NCBI GenBank assembly: GCA_038245295.1
Contig: JBBRSP010000007.1
Coordinates: 155,185 to 219,184, forward strand
Direction: 5' to 3'
Length of the DNA stretch: 64,000 nucleotides
From: Candidatus Binatia bacterium
GTDB taxonomy: Bacteria; Desulfobacterota; Binatia; HRBIN30
The notes beneath the pieces are model-generated. The model did not search any database and was not told the origin of the DNA. It saw nothing but the letters and a program-made list of their open reading frames with translations. Below, one piece after another: positions 46,959 through 58,448 of this stretch. Positions within the stretch are counted from its first letter, which is position 1. Each line of letters opens with the position of its first letter. Position numbers and translations under genes: made by a program.

Positions 46959-47426
46959 GGATTCATGGCAACCAATGTGACGCGCGCTTCCTTGTCTTCC
47001 GCCTTGTGTTATCGGGATCCCAAAGCCGCGCTGGAGTGGCTGCAGAAGGCCTTCGGCTTTGAGACCTTCATGGTGATCACCGACAACGACGGCAATCTGG
47101 CGCACTCGGAGATGCGCTTCGGCAACGGCGTGCTCATGGTCGGCAACGAGTGGACGGCGCAACACAAGAGCCCGAAGTCGATCCAAGGTTTCAATACACA
47201 GACCGTGCACGTGCACCTCGACGCCGACATCAACAAACACTGCGAACAGGCGCGGGCCGCCGGCGCCGTAATCATACAAGAGCCCGAAGACCAGTTTTAC
47301 GGCGATCGTACCTATCGTGCTGCCGACCCGGAGGGGCACATCTGGACCTTCGGTCAAACCCTGCGTGTCGTCTCGCGTGAAGATGCCGAGAAGGCCAGCG
47401 GCCTGAAGATCGACGGATGGGTCTGA
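46959..47426 (+). CDS. VOC-family (glyoxalase/bleomycin-resistance-like) protein
   Basis: AAAGGAG Shine-Dalgarno 7 nt upstream of the ATG at 46959. A paired beta-alpha-beta-beta-beta module composition. Preceded by an AT-rich promoter-like island containing TTGACA. Confidence 0.75.
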   Translation, partial: GFMATNVTRASLSSALCYRDPKAALEWLQKAFGFETFMVITDNDGNLAHSEMRFGNGVLMVGNEWTAQHKSPKSIQGFNTQTVHVHLDADINKHCEQARAAGAVIIQEPEDQFYGDRTYRAADPEGHIWTFGQTLRVVSREDAEKASGLKIDGWV

Positions 47427-47764
47427 AAGCCGCCAAACGACTCGACAGCACCTTCGCGGCGCTGGCGGATCCGTATCGCCGGCGCGTCGTCGATCTCCTA
47501 CGCGAGAGCCCTCGACGCGCCGGCGAGCTGGCTGAGCTCACCGGCCTGCCGCCGGCCGCCATGAGTCGCCACTTGCGCACCCTGCGTCGCAGCGGCGTCG
47601 TCGAAGAGTCGCATCCCGACTTCGACGCGCGCGTCCGCATCTATGCTCTGAAGCCGGAGTTCATGGCTGACCTCAAGGCGTGGCTAAAGGAGACCGAAGC
47701 GCTGTGGACCAAGCAACTGCTGCACCTCAAGCAGAGCATCGAGGACGAGGAGGCCGACGCATGA
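47417..47764 (+). CDS. ArsR/SmtB-family transcriptional regulator
   Basis: HTH region LADPYRRRVVDLLRESPRRAGELAELTGLPPAAMSRHLRTLRRSGVV. Confidence 0.8.
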   Translation: MGLKAAKRLDSTFAALADPYRRRVVDLLRESPRRAGELAELTGLPPAAMSRHLRTLRRSGVVEESHPDFDARVRIYALKPEFMADLKAWLKETEALWTKQLLHLKQSIEDEEADA

Positions 47765-48249
47765 CGTCGTCCGTCCTCGTCGCCCTGCGTATCAAGGCAG
47801 CCCCGGCGCGCGTCTTCGACGCCTTTACTCGCGATATCTCGTCCTGGTGGGTGCCGAACACGCTCTTCCGCTTCACCAAGGGCAAGCCCGGCCGACTCGC
47901 GTTCGAGGCCGGCGTCGGCGGCCGCCTTACCGAAACCTCGGCGAGCGGCGATGTCTTCGAGATCGGTACCATCAAGGTCTGGAAGCCAGGACACGCCTTG
48001 GTGTTTTCGTGGCGTCAGGCAACCTTCAACAACGAGCAGAACACCGAGGTCGACGTCCGTTTCGAGCCTGTTGGCGACGAAACTCGCGTCACCGTGACAC
48101 ACCGGGGTTGGGACAGCGTACCGGCCGACCATGTCGCGCGACATACCTTCCCCGACGCGATCTTCCTGCGCCGACATGCGGAGTGGTGGGTCACCTTGCT
48201 CGATTCACTCTCCGGTTCGTGTAACCTCGCTCCTGCGTCTAGCGTGTAA
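47761..48249 (+). CDS. SRPBCC-domain protein (Aha1/activator-of-Hsp90-ATPase homolog-like), ArsR-linked
   Basis: ATGA overlap with arsR. The motif ARVFDAFTRDISSWW is typical of the Aha1-like SRPBCC domain commonly paired with ArsR. Confidence 0.7.
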   Translation: MTSSVLVALRIKAAPARVFDAFTRDISSWWVPNTLFRFTKGKPGRLAFEAGVGGRLTETSASGDVFEIGTIKVWKPGHALVFSWRQATFNNEQNTEVDVRFEPVGDETRVTVTHRGWDSVPADHVARHTFPDAIFLRRHAEWWVTLLDSLSGSCNLAPASSV

Positions 48250-48268
48250 CGAGAAACATGGAGGCAGG

Positions 48269-48694
48269 ATGCAACAATCGTTACGCCTATCACACGTAGT
48301 GTTCGACGGGTGGACCATCGTCCTCGGTCTGTTCGCCCTGTCGAATCTGATCAACGGTGCCTGGATGCTCGCCAACCCGACGCACTGGTACTACACGTTG
48401 CCGGCGAACGTGCCCGACTTCGGCCCGCTCAACGAACACTTCGTGCGCGACATCGGCAGCATCTTCACCTTGCTAGGACTCGGACTCGGCATCGCTGCCG
48501 CCGTGCCGTCGTGGCGCGTCGCCGCGTGCGCCGCGGCAGCGGGATTCTCGGTGTTGCACGCCTTCGTGCATGTCCTCGACACCGCGCGCGGTCTGGTCGG
48601 CCCCGAGCACTGGTGGATCGACATGCCCGGTGTCTATGCGCCGGCGATCGTCCTCTCCCTAGTCACCATTTGGGTGGCGCGTACATCGCGTTGA
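48269..48694 (+). CDS. Hypothetical 4-TM membrane protein
   Basis: GGAGG Shine-Dalgarno, followed by MQQSLRLSHVVFDGWTIVLGLFAL. 141 aa. Confidence 0.5.
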   Translation: MQQSLRLSHVVFDGWTIVLGLFALSNLINGAWMLANPTHWYYTLPANVPDFGPLNEHFVRDIGSIFTLLGLGLGIAAAVPSWRVAACAAAAGFSVLHAFVHVLDTARGLVGPEHWWIDMPGVYAPAIVLSLVTIWVARTSR

Positions 48695-48698
48695 AGCG

Positions 48699-49109
48699 AT
48701 GCACGCAGAGACTCGCCCTCTGACAGCCAGGCGCATCGCCGCGGCGGTAGCCTTCGGACTGTTCCTGGCGACCTTGCCGTTCTGGCCCTACTTGGTGGCG
48801 CTGCGGGCCATCGAGCCACACACCGACCACGCGCCGCGACACGGTGGACAACTTGCCATGGTCGGGGATCATCACATCGAGGTCGTGCGCCGGCGCGGCC
48901 TCGTCGAAGTCTTCGTCAGCGATGCGCAGCGCCGCCCGGTCGACGCCGCCGGCTGCTGGCTGGTGTTCGACAATACAGAAAAGGTGGCTCTTGAACCCGC
49001 CAACGATCGTTGGCGCGCCGTCGATCGTCCCGCGGCACGCGAGATCGAGGCAACCATGTTGCTCGTGGACGGTACGCGATTGGCAATGGAGTTCGACTTT
49101 TCGCCGTAG
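48699..49109 (+). CDS. Hypothetical membrane-anchored protein (N-terminal TM, His-rich periplasmic region)
   Basis: 136 aa. TM segment AAAVAFGLFLATLPFWPYLVAL, then HTDHAPRHGGQ...GDHHIEVV. No family recognised. Confidence 0.45.
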   Translation: MHAETRPLTARRIAAAVAFGLFLATLPFWPYLVALRAIEPHTDHAPRHGGQLAMVGDHHIEVVRRRGLVEVFVSDAQRRPVDAAGCWLVFDNTEKVALEPANDRWRAVDRPAAREIEATMLLVDGTRLAMEFDFSP

Positions 49110-49515
49110 GCGGTGGCAAGCCGACGAACTTCCACCCGCATGGGACCCTGAACGACCTACGGCATTTGCCATGCGGTCATCTCAACCGGCCAAAATCGAT
49201 GCTGCCGATCGGCATCGGTGACGCATCAGGAAGCCCCAGGACGGGCTTTCGGCGGTCGGGATGGCTCTACCTACGCACGCAAATTCAACGTTTTTAGGCA
49301 ATCTTGCGAGCGGGGCATTGAAATCAAAGGAGAATTTCTGCGCGCAGGGGTGGTTTGCTCCGCCCTCCCGAGGCATCGAGAAGCCCCGGCACTCTTCGTC
49401 CGATAGCACCAGTCCGCCAACCCACGGCGAGGTGCGGCTCCGGGGGTAAACCGGCGCGGTGAAGTCGAGATGTAGGAGGAGCGACGGCGACGACGGAAGC
49501 CGAAGCCGACAGAGA

Positions 49516-49731
49516 TCAGGAGGCTTTTGCCAGCTTCGGTCGAACCGGCGCCTTGACGACCTTCCCGGAGACGATGCACTGAGTGCAGGCGACGATGCGA
49601 CGGGTGCCGCCGTTGATCGACGCACGCACGGGCTGCAAGTTCGGCTTCCACAGGCGCCGGGTCTTGTTGTTGGCGTGGCTGACCGAATTGCCGGTCGATG
49701 AATGCTTTCCGCAAATGTCACAAGAGCGCAT
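49516..49731 (-). CDS. rpmB: 50S ribosomal protein L28
   Basis: [33 protein letters not shown] matches the L28 consensus. Start confirmed as 'cat' at 49729-49731. Confidence 0.85.
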   Translation of the reverse strand: MRSCDICGKHSSTGNSVSHANNKTRRLWKPNLQPVRASINGGTRRIVACTQCIVSGKVVKAPVRPKLAKAS

Positions 49732-49821
49732 GATGGAAGACCTCCAAGGGCCGCGCAGAGCTAGCCAAGCCATCAAGCGGCGTCAAGGCGCCGCGGTCCT
49801 CTGGGTGTCCACGCTCAGGGG

Positions 49822-51050
<1,229 letters not shown>

Positions 51051-51054
<4 letters not shown>

Positions 51055-51782
51055 GACTGTGCCACCGCCACGCTGGCGGCCAACCGCCGTGGGTTCGGGT
51101 TTACATCATCCGCAATCACTTGCCCGTCGCGAAACGTGATGTGGCGCGCCGCATAGGCAGCGATGTCCGGCTCGTGTGTCACCAAGACGATGGTGATGCC
51201 ATGGCGCGTGTGCAGGTTGACCAGAATCGCCATGATCTCGAGGCTCATCTGCGTATCGAGATTGCCCGTCGGCTCGTCAGCCAACAGCAGCGACGGATTA
51301 TTCACCAGAGCGCGCGCGATGGCGACGCGCTGCTGCTGTCCGCCCGACAGCTGGCCCGGCAGGTGATCTTCACGGCCGGCAAGACCGACCGCCGCCAGGG
51401 CGGCGCGGGCGCGCGTGCGTTGATCGCGAAACGACACACCGGCGTAGATCAGCGGCAACTCGACGTTCTCCGTCGCGGTTGAACGACCAAGAAGATTGAA
51501 TCCTTGGAAGACGAAGCCGATTTTGTCGCCGCGCAAGCTGGCACGTTCGTCACCCGACATCGCCGACGCTTCCTGCCCATCGATACGATAGGTGCCGCGC
51601 GTCGGCTGGTCGAGACATCCGACGATGTTCATGAACGTCGATTTGCCCGACCCGGACGCTCCCATGATGGCGACAAATTCGCCCGTCGCGATATCGATTG
51701 AAACCCCGCGTAACGCGTCGACGCGCTGCGTCCCGAGCTCATATGATTTCCATACATCGCGTAGTTCGAGGAGAGCCGGCAT
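51051..51782 (-). CDS. ABC transporter ATP-binding protein (MacB/LolD-like)
   Basis: Walker A (GASGSGKST), signature [15 protein letters not shown] and Walker B ([12 protein letters not shown]). 4-nt overlap with the permease. Confidence 0.9.
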
Positions 51783-51791
51783 CGCTGCTCC

Positions 51792-53078
51792 CTAGAAGCG
51801 CCGCCCACCGGCGAATGACGGCGGCTTCCCGGCGCCTGCCGCGGGTGCGGCGCTGGCATCGCGTTGCAACGCCACCGCAACCTGATCGCCGTCCTTCAGT
51901 TCGCCACCAAGAACCTCGGCGCTCTGTGAATCGCGGATGCCGACCTGGACCGGCACGGCACGTGGCGAACCGTCGCCACCGACTACGTAGACCGTCGGTT
52001 GCTCGGCGGCTTTTTCTGCCTTGCCGCGGCCGCCACCTGGTGCTGCGGGCTTGGCGCCCTCCTTTGTACTCTCGGGACGGAAACGGAGAGCACGCAAAGG
52101 TACCCGCAGGACGTTGTCACGCTTCGCCGTGGTAATGGAAACATTCGCCGTCATACCAGGCTTCAACTTGAGGTCGGGATTGTCGACGGCCACAACGACG
52201 TCGTACGTCACCACGTTCGCGACCGTGAGTGGCGCGTTGCGCACCTGGGCCACCTCGGCGCGAAACATCTCGCCGGGGTATGCGTCGACCGAAAAGGTAG
52301 CGTGTTGTCCCTGGCTGACATTGCCGACGTCGGCCTCGCTGACATTCGAGTCTACCTGCATTTTCGTCAGATCTTCGGCAATCAGGAACAACGTCGGCGT
52401 CTGGAAGCTGGCGGCAACGGTCTGGCCGACATCGACGTTGCGCGACACGACGACGCCGTCCACCGGCGATAGAATTTCCGTGTACCGGAAGTTTACCTGC
52501 GATTCTTCCAGGCTCGCCTGCGCCTGCTTGATGCCGGCCAGGTCGACCGCGAGTTGCGCGTCGGCCTGATCGTAATTGCTGCGCGCCGTATCGAGATCAT
52601 TCTGGGCGATCAGTTTGCGCGTCAGAAGCTCCTGATTGCGCTCTAGTTGGAGCTTCTTGAAGACGAGGTCGGCACGGTCCTTTTGCACGCGCGCTTCGGC
52701 ATTGGCGAGGTTGCCCTCGGCTTGGCGAACTTTGACGATAAACGTCGCGGCGTCGATCTTGGCGACGCGTTGGCCCTTCTTCACCGGCGAATTGAAGTCG
52801 ACATCGATGGCCTGGATCGGGCCGGAAACGTAGGTTCCCACTTGCACGGTCTTGACCGGATTGACCGTGCCCGTGGCGGTGATGATGCGCTCGACCTTGC
52901 CACGGTCGACCGCCGCCGTGACGTAATGTGTTTCCCCATCGGAGTCGCGGTGCGAGTAGATCCAATAGCCCCATCCAGCACTGCCGAGGGCCAGAAGAAT
53001 GACCAGCACCGTCACCAGGCGGCGCACGCGTCGCCGCTTCGGCTGTGCCGTAATGATCGGGTCGCTGCTCGTACTCAT
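51792..53078 (-). CDS. Efflux transporter periplasmic adaptor subunit (MacA/HlyD family)
   Basis: N-terminal TM, coiled-coil hairpin (EGNLANAEARVQKDRADL...) and beta-barrel/MP domains. Confidence 0.85.
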   Translation of the reverse strand: MSTSSDPIITAQPKRRRVRRLVTVLVILLALGSAGWGYWIYSHRDSDGETHYVTAAVDRGKVERIITATGTVNPVKTVQVGTYVSGPIQAIDVDFNSPVKKGQRVAKIDAATFIVKVRQAEGNLANAEARVQKDRADLVFKKLQLERNQELLTRKLIAQNDLDTARSNYDQADAQLAVDLAGIKQAQASLEESQVNFRYTEILSPVDGVVVSRNVDVGQTVAASFQTPTLFLIAEDLTKMQVDSNVSEADVGNVSQGQHATFSVDAYPGEMFRAEVAQVRNAPLTVANVVTYDVVVAVDNPDLKLKPGMTANVSITTAKRDNVLRVPLRALRFRPESTKEGAKPAAPGGGRGKAEKAAEQPTVYVVGGDGSPRAVPVQVGIRDSQSAEVLGGELKDGDQVAVALQRDASAAPAAGAGKPPSFAGGRRF

Positions 53079-53084
53079 TCTCCC

Positions 53085-54386
53085 TCACTCCCTGACGAAC
53101 GGATGTGCGGTGGCGCGCTCGAGCGCCGCCAGCGTGGTGCGGTAGTTGGCGAGCGACTGAACGCGATTGGCCTCGGCATTGGAAAGCGAAGTCTGCGCGT
53201 CCGTCAGCTCGATCATCGACCCGACCCCGGTGGAGTATCGCCCTTCCGCCAGCTCTAGATTCTCACGCGCCTGCTGCAGGCCCTTGTTGGCGACGCGTAG
53301 GCTCTCCGCCGCCTGATGCAGATTGAGCGTCGCCTGCCGTACTTCCAGAGTAATGTTCTGTCGCAGCGACTCGCGATCCGCCTGCAGCTTGCTGAGGTTG
53401 GCTTTGGCTTCGCCGACTTGAGCCGTGGTCAAGCCGCCGTTGAAGACCGAGATGTTCACGGTCGCTCCCACATTCCAGCTGTCGGTCAACGGGAAGTCGG
53501 AACCGGTCCAATTGTACGCCCCATTGCCGCTGAGCTTGGGAAAGTAGTCCTTCTGGATTGCCGAAATCTGCTCACTTGCCGCCTCTTCTTGCGCCATGGC
53601 GCTGCGCAGCTCCGGACGATTTTTCTCGGCGAGCGCAACCGCATCTTTCTCGGCGATCGGCCGGATTGGCTCCTCGAGCACGTCGACGATGTCGAAATCG
53701 AGCGGCACCACTAGGCCCATGGCGTTGCGCAGCGTCTCGCGGCCCAGGTCAACGTTGTTGCGTGCCGTCACCTGGCTGAGCTCCGCATTGGCCAACTGCA
53801 CCTGGGCCTGAGTAACTTCGATTCGTGCGGCGTAACCGACGTCGAAGCGCCCCTGGGCGACGTCGAGATGCCGTTGGCTCTGCGCCACCGTCTCTTCCGC
53901 CACATCACGCAGGCGATATGCCGTCAGCAGCCCGAAGTATGCCTCTTCGACCCGGAAGACGACGGCATCATGCTGCGTTGCGGCGTCGGCATCGGCGGCG
54001 TTTACCAATGCTTGCGAGCGGTGAATCAAGGCGAGGTTTTGGCCAAAGTCGAACAACACCTGCGACAACGAGACGCCGCTGGAATAGAAGTTGAAGGTTT
54101 GCGAACGACTGCCGAGGCTGCTGCTACCGGTGAGGCTGCCGGCGCTGGCGTGACGGCGGTTGACGGCAAACGAACCGCCGACCTGCGGCAGGTAGGCCGC
54201 GGCACTTTCCCACACGCGTTCGCGAGCCGCTTCCACCGATGCGGCAGACGAAGCCAACAACGGCTGCTGACGGATGGCGATTTCGATGCACTCTTGTAAC
54301 GTCTTCCGCGGCAGCGCGTCGCTAGCGGCGACACAGGGACGAACCAGCGTCGCGAGTAGGGCGATAAGTAGTGTGGTTCGTATCAC
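53085..54386 (-). CDS. TolC-family outer-membrane efflux protein
   Basis: Signal peptide, two repeated coiled-coil/beta segments, and the TolC-type motif LTLEVRQA...GLQQARENLELAEGRYSTGVG. Confidence 0.85.
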   Translation of the reverse strand: MIRTTLLIALLATLVRPCVAASDALPRKTLQECIEIAIRQQPLLASSAASVEAARERVWESAAAYLPQVGGSFAVNRRHASAGSLTGSSSLGSRSQTFNFYSSGVSLSQVLFDFGQNLALIHRSQALVNAADADAATQHDAVVFRVEEAYFGLLTAYRLRDVAEETVAQSQRHLDVAQGRFDVGYAARIEVTQAQVQLANAELSQVTARNNVDLGRETLRNAMGLVVPLDFDIVDVLEEPIRPIAEKDAVALAEKNRPELRSAMAQEEAASEQISAIQKDYFPKLSGNGAYNWTGSDFPLTDSWNVGATVNISVFNGGLTTAQVGEAKANLSKLQADRESLRQNITLEVRQATLNLHQAAESLRVANKGLQQARENLELAEGRYSTGVGSMIELTDAQTSLSNAEANRVQSLANYRTTLAALERATAHPFVRE

Positions 54387-54574
54387 GGCGCTCTCCGTGG
54401 TGCTGGCATGTTACAGCGATATCGGCCGTGAAGAGCGGCTCGATAGTGACGGCAACGAGGTTGCATGGGGGATCTGCTTGCCGCCATCTCGACTACCGAC
54501 TCATGCGTCATAAATCTCTGTGTGACGATGTCGGGTCAATAGTGATTCAATCCTCCAGGGGAAGAAGTTACCGA

Positions 54575-54582
54575 GGGGGGGG
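54575..54582. repeat. Homopolymeric G8 tract about 190 bp upstream of the tolC start, just after the rfaE stop
   Basis: ccgagggggggggcggcg, read directly. Confidence 0.3.
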
Positions 54583-54600
54583 CGGCGCCGTCGAGCCGAT

Positions 54601-55140
54601 TCAGTCGCCGGGGTGCTTTGCAGCGCGTTGCACAAGGCGCGTCGTCGAATAACCGTCGGCGAACTTGAGGGATCGAACTTTGCCGCCGCGGGCCTTGACG
54701 AGATCGGCACCGACGATCTGACTCGGCTTCCAGTCGCCACCTTTCACCAGCACATCCGGTTCGAGGCGGTCGATCAACGTGTAGGGCGTCTCGTCGCCGA
54801 AGATGGTGACGTAGTCGACCATCTCGAGCGCGGCCATGACTTCCGCGCGATCATCCTGCTTGTTGAGGGGACGCGATGGTCCTTTGAGGCGTCTTACCGA
54901 AGCGTCGCTGTTGAGGGCGACAACGAGAACGTCGCCGAGCTTGCGGGCCGCCCGCAAGTAACGCACGTGGCCGGGGTGGATCAGATCGAAGCAGCCGTTG
55001 GTGAAGACGATGCGCTCGCCACGGTGCCGGCGCGCCGCAAGCTGGCGCCGCAGGGCAACCTGGGAGAGAATCTTGCGCGTCACGATGTTGCCTCTCGCAT
55101 GCGCGCCAAAGCCGGTCAACGCGTTGCGGCGCGCTCCCAC
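54601..55140 (-). CDS. rfaE: D-glycero-beta-D-manno-heptose-1-phosphate adenylyltransferase (RfaE/HldE domain II, cytidylyltransferase-like)
   Basis: [34 protein letters not shown] and VKGGDW. The precise start is uncertain. Confidence 0.8.
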   Translation of the reverse strand: MGARRNALTGFGAHARGNIVTRKILSQVALRRQLAARRHRGERIVFTNGCFDLIHPGHVRYLRAARKLGDVLVVALNSDASVRRLKGPSRPLNKQDDRAEVMAALEMVDYVTIFGDETPYTLIDRLEPDVLVKGGDWKPSQIVGADLVKARGGKVRSLKFADGYSTTRLVQRAAKHPGD

Positions 55141-55186
55141 GGCCGACGCGCTTTGCCTTTGCTGACGTGAGTGTTAGGAACGCCGC

Positions 55187-56590
55187 ATGCCTGATTACCG
55201 GCGGCGTGCTCTGCGCGAAGCGATGGGTGTGCGGCTCGACGTCAACGGAATCATGTCCGAACTGATCGGCCCGGCCGGGGTTTCGCGCGACGAGTTCGAC
55301 GCGCTGAGCCCGCGCCTCTCAGAACTTACACATGCGCTCAAGGGGCGTCGGCAATCCGGCGAGCTCCCTTTCTATGAACTTCCCTACCAGAAGGATCCGC
55401 TTGCCAAGGTCAAAGCTCTCGCCGCCGAAGTCCGACAAGAATGTGATACCCTCGTCGTTCTGGGCATCGGCGGCTCGGCGCTTGGCACCAAGACAATGCT
55501 CGAAGCGCTCGGCATGAATTCGCACCGGGTCATCGTTGCCGACAACGTCGACCCGCACTCGTTCGGCAACCTGATCGATTCACTCGACTTGTCACGCACG
55601 ACCTTCAACGTCATCAGCAAATCGGGCGAGACAGCCGAGACGATGGCGCAGTTCCTCATCGTCCGCGACATGCTGCTGCGCACCCTCGGCGCTGTCGACT
55701 ATACACGTCGCGTCGTCATCACCACCGATGCCGAGCACGGGGTTCTGCGACAGATCGTCCACGACGAGGGATTCCGCGACCTGATTGTTCCAGCCGGTGT
55801 TGGTGGTCGTTTTTCGGTGCTGACCCCCGTCGGCCTGTTCCCCGCAGCCGTTGCCGGCATCAACATCGATGAATTGCTTGCCGGCGCGGCATTTGCCGAC
55901 ACGCGCTGCCAGGAGGACGATGTCTGGAAGAACCCGGCGCATCTGTTCGGCACGTTGATGTATCTGGCCAACACACAACACCACCAGAACATCGTCGTCA
56001 TGATGCCCTATAGCGATCGCCTGCAGCGCTTCAGCGCCTGGTTCGCGCAGCTGTGGGCGGAGAGTCTCGGCAAGGCCACAACACTCGAAGGTCAGCCGGT
56101 GCACGTCGGGCAAACTCCCGTCGCCGCTCTCGGTGCGACGGATCAACATTCCCAGATGCAACTGTTCGCCGAAGGGCCGGTCGACAAGGTCGTGATCATG
56201 CTGCGCGTCGAGGACCACGGACGCGAGCTGCCGATTCCCGCCGCCTATGCCGATCTAGAAACCCTGAGTTACCTCGGCGGCGCCGGGCTCGGGAAGTTGT
56301 TGAATCTCGAACAACGCGCCACCGAGTTGGCGCTGACGAAACAGTTGCGGCCCGTGGTGACGTTGTCGCTCGCGCAGGTCAACGCCTTCACGCTCGGCCA
56401 ATTATTCTACCTCTTCGAGGTGGCGACGGTGTTTGCCGGCGGGCTGTATCGGATCAACCCGTTCGATCAGCCGGGAGTCGAAGAAGGCAAACGTCTCACC
56501 TACGGACAGATGGGGCGCCGCGGTTTTGAAGCGAAGAAAAACGAAGTCGAAGCGCTACTAGCGCGCAAGCGGCCGGAGTACTTGCTCTGA
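55187..56590 (+). CDS. pgi: Glucose-6-phosphate isomerase
   Basis: 467 aa. SIS domains LVVLGIGGSALG and NVISKSGETAET. Confidence 0.85.
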   Translation: MPDYRRRALREAMGVRLDVNGIMSELIGPAGVSRDEFDALSPRLSELTHALKGRRQSGELPFYELPYQKDPLAKVKALAAEVRQECDTLVVLGIGGSALGTKTMLEALGMNSHRVIVADNVDPHSFGNLIDSLDLSRTTFNVISKSGETAETMAQFLIVRDMLLRTLGAVDYTRRVVITTDAEHGVLRQIVHDEGFRDLIVPAGVGGRFSVLTPVGLFPAAVAGINIDELLAGAAFADTRCQEDDVWKNPAHLFGTLMYLANTQHHQNIVVMMPYSDRLQRFSAWFAQLWAESLGKATTLEGQPVHVGQTPVAALGATDQHSQMQLFAEGPVDKVVIMLRVEDHGRELPIPAAYADLETLSYLGGAGLGKLLNLEQRATELALTKQLRPVVTLSLAQVNAFTLGQLFYLFEVATVFAGGLYRINPFDQPGVEEGKRLTYGQMGRRGFEAKKNEVEALLARKRPEYLL

Positions 56591-56613
56591 CCACCGAGCC
56601 GGCCCCGACGTCA

Positions 56614-58431
56614 TTGCCAGGACGCATCCAGGTCCTTCCCCCGGACGTTGCCGACAAGATCGCCGCCGGCGAAGTCGTCGAGCGGCCGGCCTCGGTGGTG
56701 AAGGAGCTTGTCGAGAACTCCATCGACGCCGGGGCGCGAACGATTCGAATCGAGCTCGAAGACGCCGGCATCGGTCTGATCGCCGTCATCGACGACGGCG
56801 AGGGAATGGGCCCCGAGGATGCCGTCATCGCCTTCCAACGTCACGCCACCAGCAAGGTACGCTGCGTCGACGACCTGTTCCATATTTCAACTCTCGGGTT
56901 TCGCGGCGAGGCGCTGGCCAGCATTGCCGCCGTGTCGACAATGAACCTGGTCACTCGTCGAGCCGGTGACCTTGCCGGAACACACGTGTTGGCGCGCGGC
57001 GGGCCGATCATCGAAACACGCTCCATCGGGGCCGTCGTCGGCACACGCATCGAGGTATCGGATCTCTTCGGGAACACGCCGGCTCGCCGAAAGTTCCTCA
57101 AGGCACCGTCGACCGAAGTCGGACACGTCAGCGAACTGGTGACACGCACCGCACTAGCCGCGCCGGCAGTCACCTTCTCCCTCAAGCATGGCAAGCGTAC
57201 GTTGCTCGATTACCCCGGCGCCAACGATCCGAGCGAGCGGCTGGCTCAGGTCTTCGGCCGTGATCGGGCAATCGCCATGCTGCCCTTCCATGGCCGCAGC
57301 GTCGTCGGCGAGATTCGCGGCTGGCTCACCGGCTCGCACTTCAGCGTGCCCTCGGCGCGTCAGATCTATACCTACGTCAATGGCCGCTATGTGCGCGACA
57401 AGCTCGTCAGCCATGCGCTGGTCGCCGGCTATAGTACGCTGCTGATGCATGGGCGCTATCCGGCCGCGGTGGTGTTCATCGACATCGACCCGGCAGAGGT
57501 CGACGTCAACGTTCATCCGGCCAAGTCGGAAGTGCGCTTTCGCCGCGGCGGCGCGGTGCATGAGCTGATCACGCGCGCCGTGATGGAGCGCCTGCGCAGT
57601 CAGCCGCCGCCGGCCCACGTGCCGCCGAATCCGGCCGCTGCCGCGGTGGCCTCGGTCGAAGCGACGTTGGCGCAGATGCGTATCCCGATGTGGCCGTCGG
57701 CGCCGTTTACGCGCTCCACCGATTTCCTGCGTTCGACCGAAAGTACCGGACCAACCCGGGCGGCGACACCGTTCCACATGCCGACGTCGCCCAGCCTAGA
57801 GCCCGGCTCAGGGCCAGCAGCAGCGCTCGCAGCCACTGCAACCGCCGGCTTCTTCAGCCACCTACGTGTTCTCGGCCAGGCATTCGAGGGCTACCTCGTG
57901 TGTGAGAGCGATGGCGCGTTATTGGTGATCGATCAGCACGCGGCGCACGAACGAGTGATGTTCGAGCGCCTGCGCACCGCCTATGCAGCCGGCGGCGTGC
58001 AACGCCAACGCTTGTTGGTGCCGGTCGTCGTCGATGTCGGCGCTCACGCAGCACCGGTGGTCACCGAGCGTCTTGCGGAGCTCGAGCTAGTCGGTTTCGA
58101 ACTGGAACCCTTTGGTGGCACGAGCCTTTCGGTTCGCGCCGTTCCGGCACTGCTCGGCGACATGGATGCGGGCCAGCTGGTACGCGACCTCGCCGACGAG
58201 CTCGCCGATGTCGGCGGCTCGACGCGCGTTGCCCAAGCCGCGGAGAGTGTCTTGTCGCGCCTGGCTTGCCACAGCGCCGTACGCGTCGGCCAAAGCCTGA
58301 GCGGCGACCAGATCCGCGCCCTGCTGCTGTCGATGGACAATGTCGACTTCGCTTCCAACTGCCCGCACGGGCGCCCGGCGTTCATCACCATGCCACGCAG
58401 CGATCTGGAACGGCTGTTCAAACGGACGTGA
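56614..58431 (+). CDS. mutL: DNA mismatch repair protein MutL
   Basis: GHKL ATPase N-terminus (IAAGEVVERPASVVKELVENSIDAGA; GFRGEALASI) and a C-terminal dimerisation domain. Confidence 0.9.
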   Translation: MPGRIQVLPPDVADKIAAGEVVERPASVVKELVENSIDAGARTIRIELEDAGIGLIAVIDDGEGMGPEDAVIAFQRHATSKVRCVDDLFHISTLGFRGEALASIAAVSTMNLVTRRAGDLAGTHVLARGGPIIETRSIGAVVGTRIEVSDLFGNTPARRKFLKAPSTEVGHVSELVTRTALAAPAVTFSLKHGKRTLLDYPGANDPSERLAQVFGRDRAIAMLPFHGRSVVGEIRGWLTGSHFSVPSARQIYTYVNGRYVRDKLVSHALVAGYSTLLMHGRYPAAVVFIDIDPAEVDVNVHPAKSEVRFRRGGAVHELITRAVMERLRSQPPPAHVPPNPAAAAVASVEATLAQMRIPMWPSAPFTRSTDFLRSTESTGPTRAATPFHMPTSPSLEPGSGPAAALAATATAGFFSHLRVLGQAFEGYLVCESDGALLVIDQHAAHERVMFERLRTAYAAGGVQRQRLLVPVVVDVGAHAAPVVTERLAELELVGFELEPFGGTSLSVRAVPALLGDMDAGQLVRDLADELADVGGSTRVAQAAESVLSRLACHSAVRVGQSLSGDQIRALLLSMDNVDFASNCPHGRPAFITMPRSDLERLFKRT

Positions 58432-58448
58432 GCCTCGGTCGCATTTTG

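Noticed and set aside
49110-49515. Possible RNase P, SRP or tmRNA downstream of rpmB
   Set aside because: Conserved cores are absent (GGAAAGUCCGGGCUCC and AGGGUGAAA..GGUGCGGUAAGAGCGCACC for RNase P; GUCAGGUCCGGAAGGAAGCAGC for SRP; the tmRNA GGGG...CCACCA frame).
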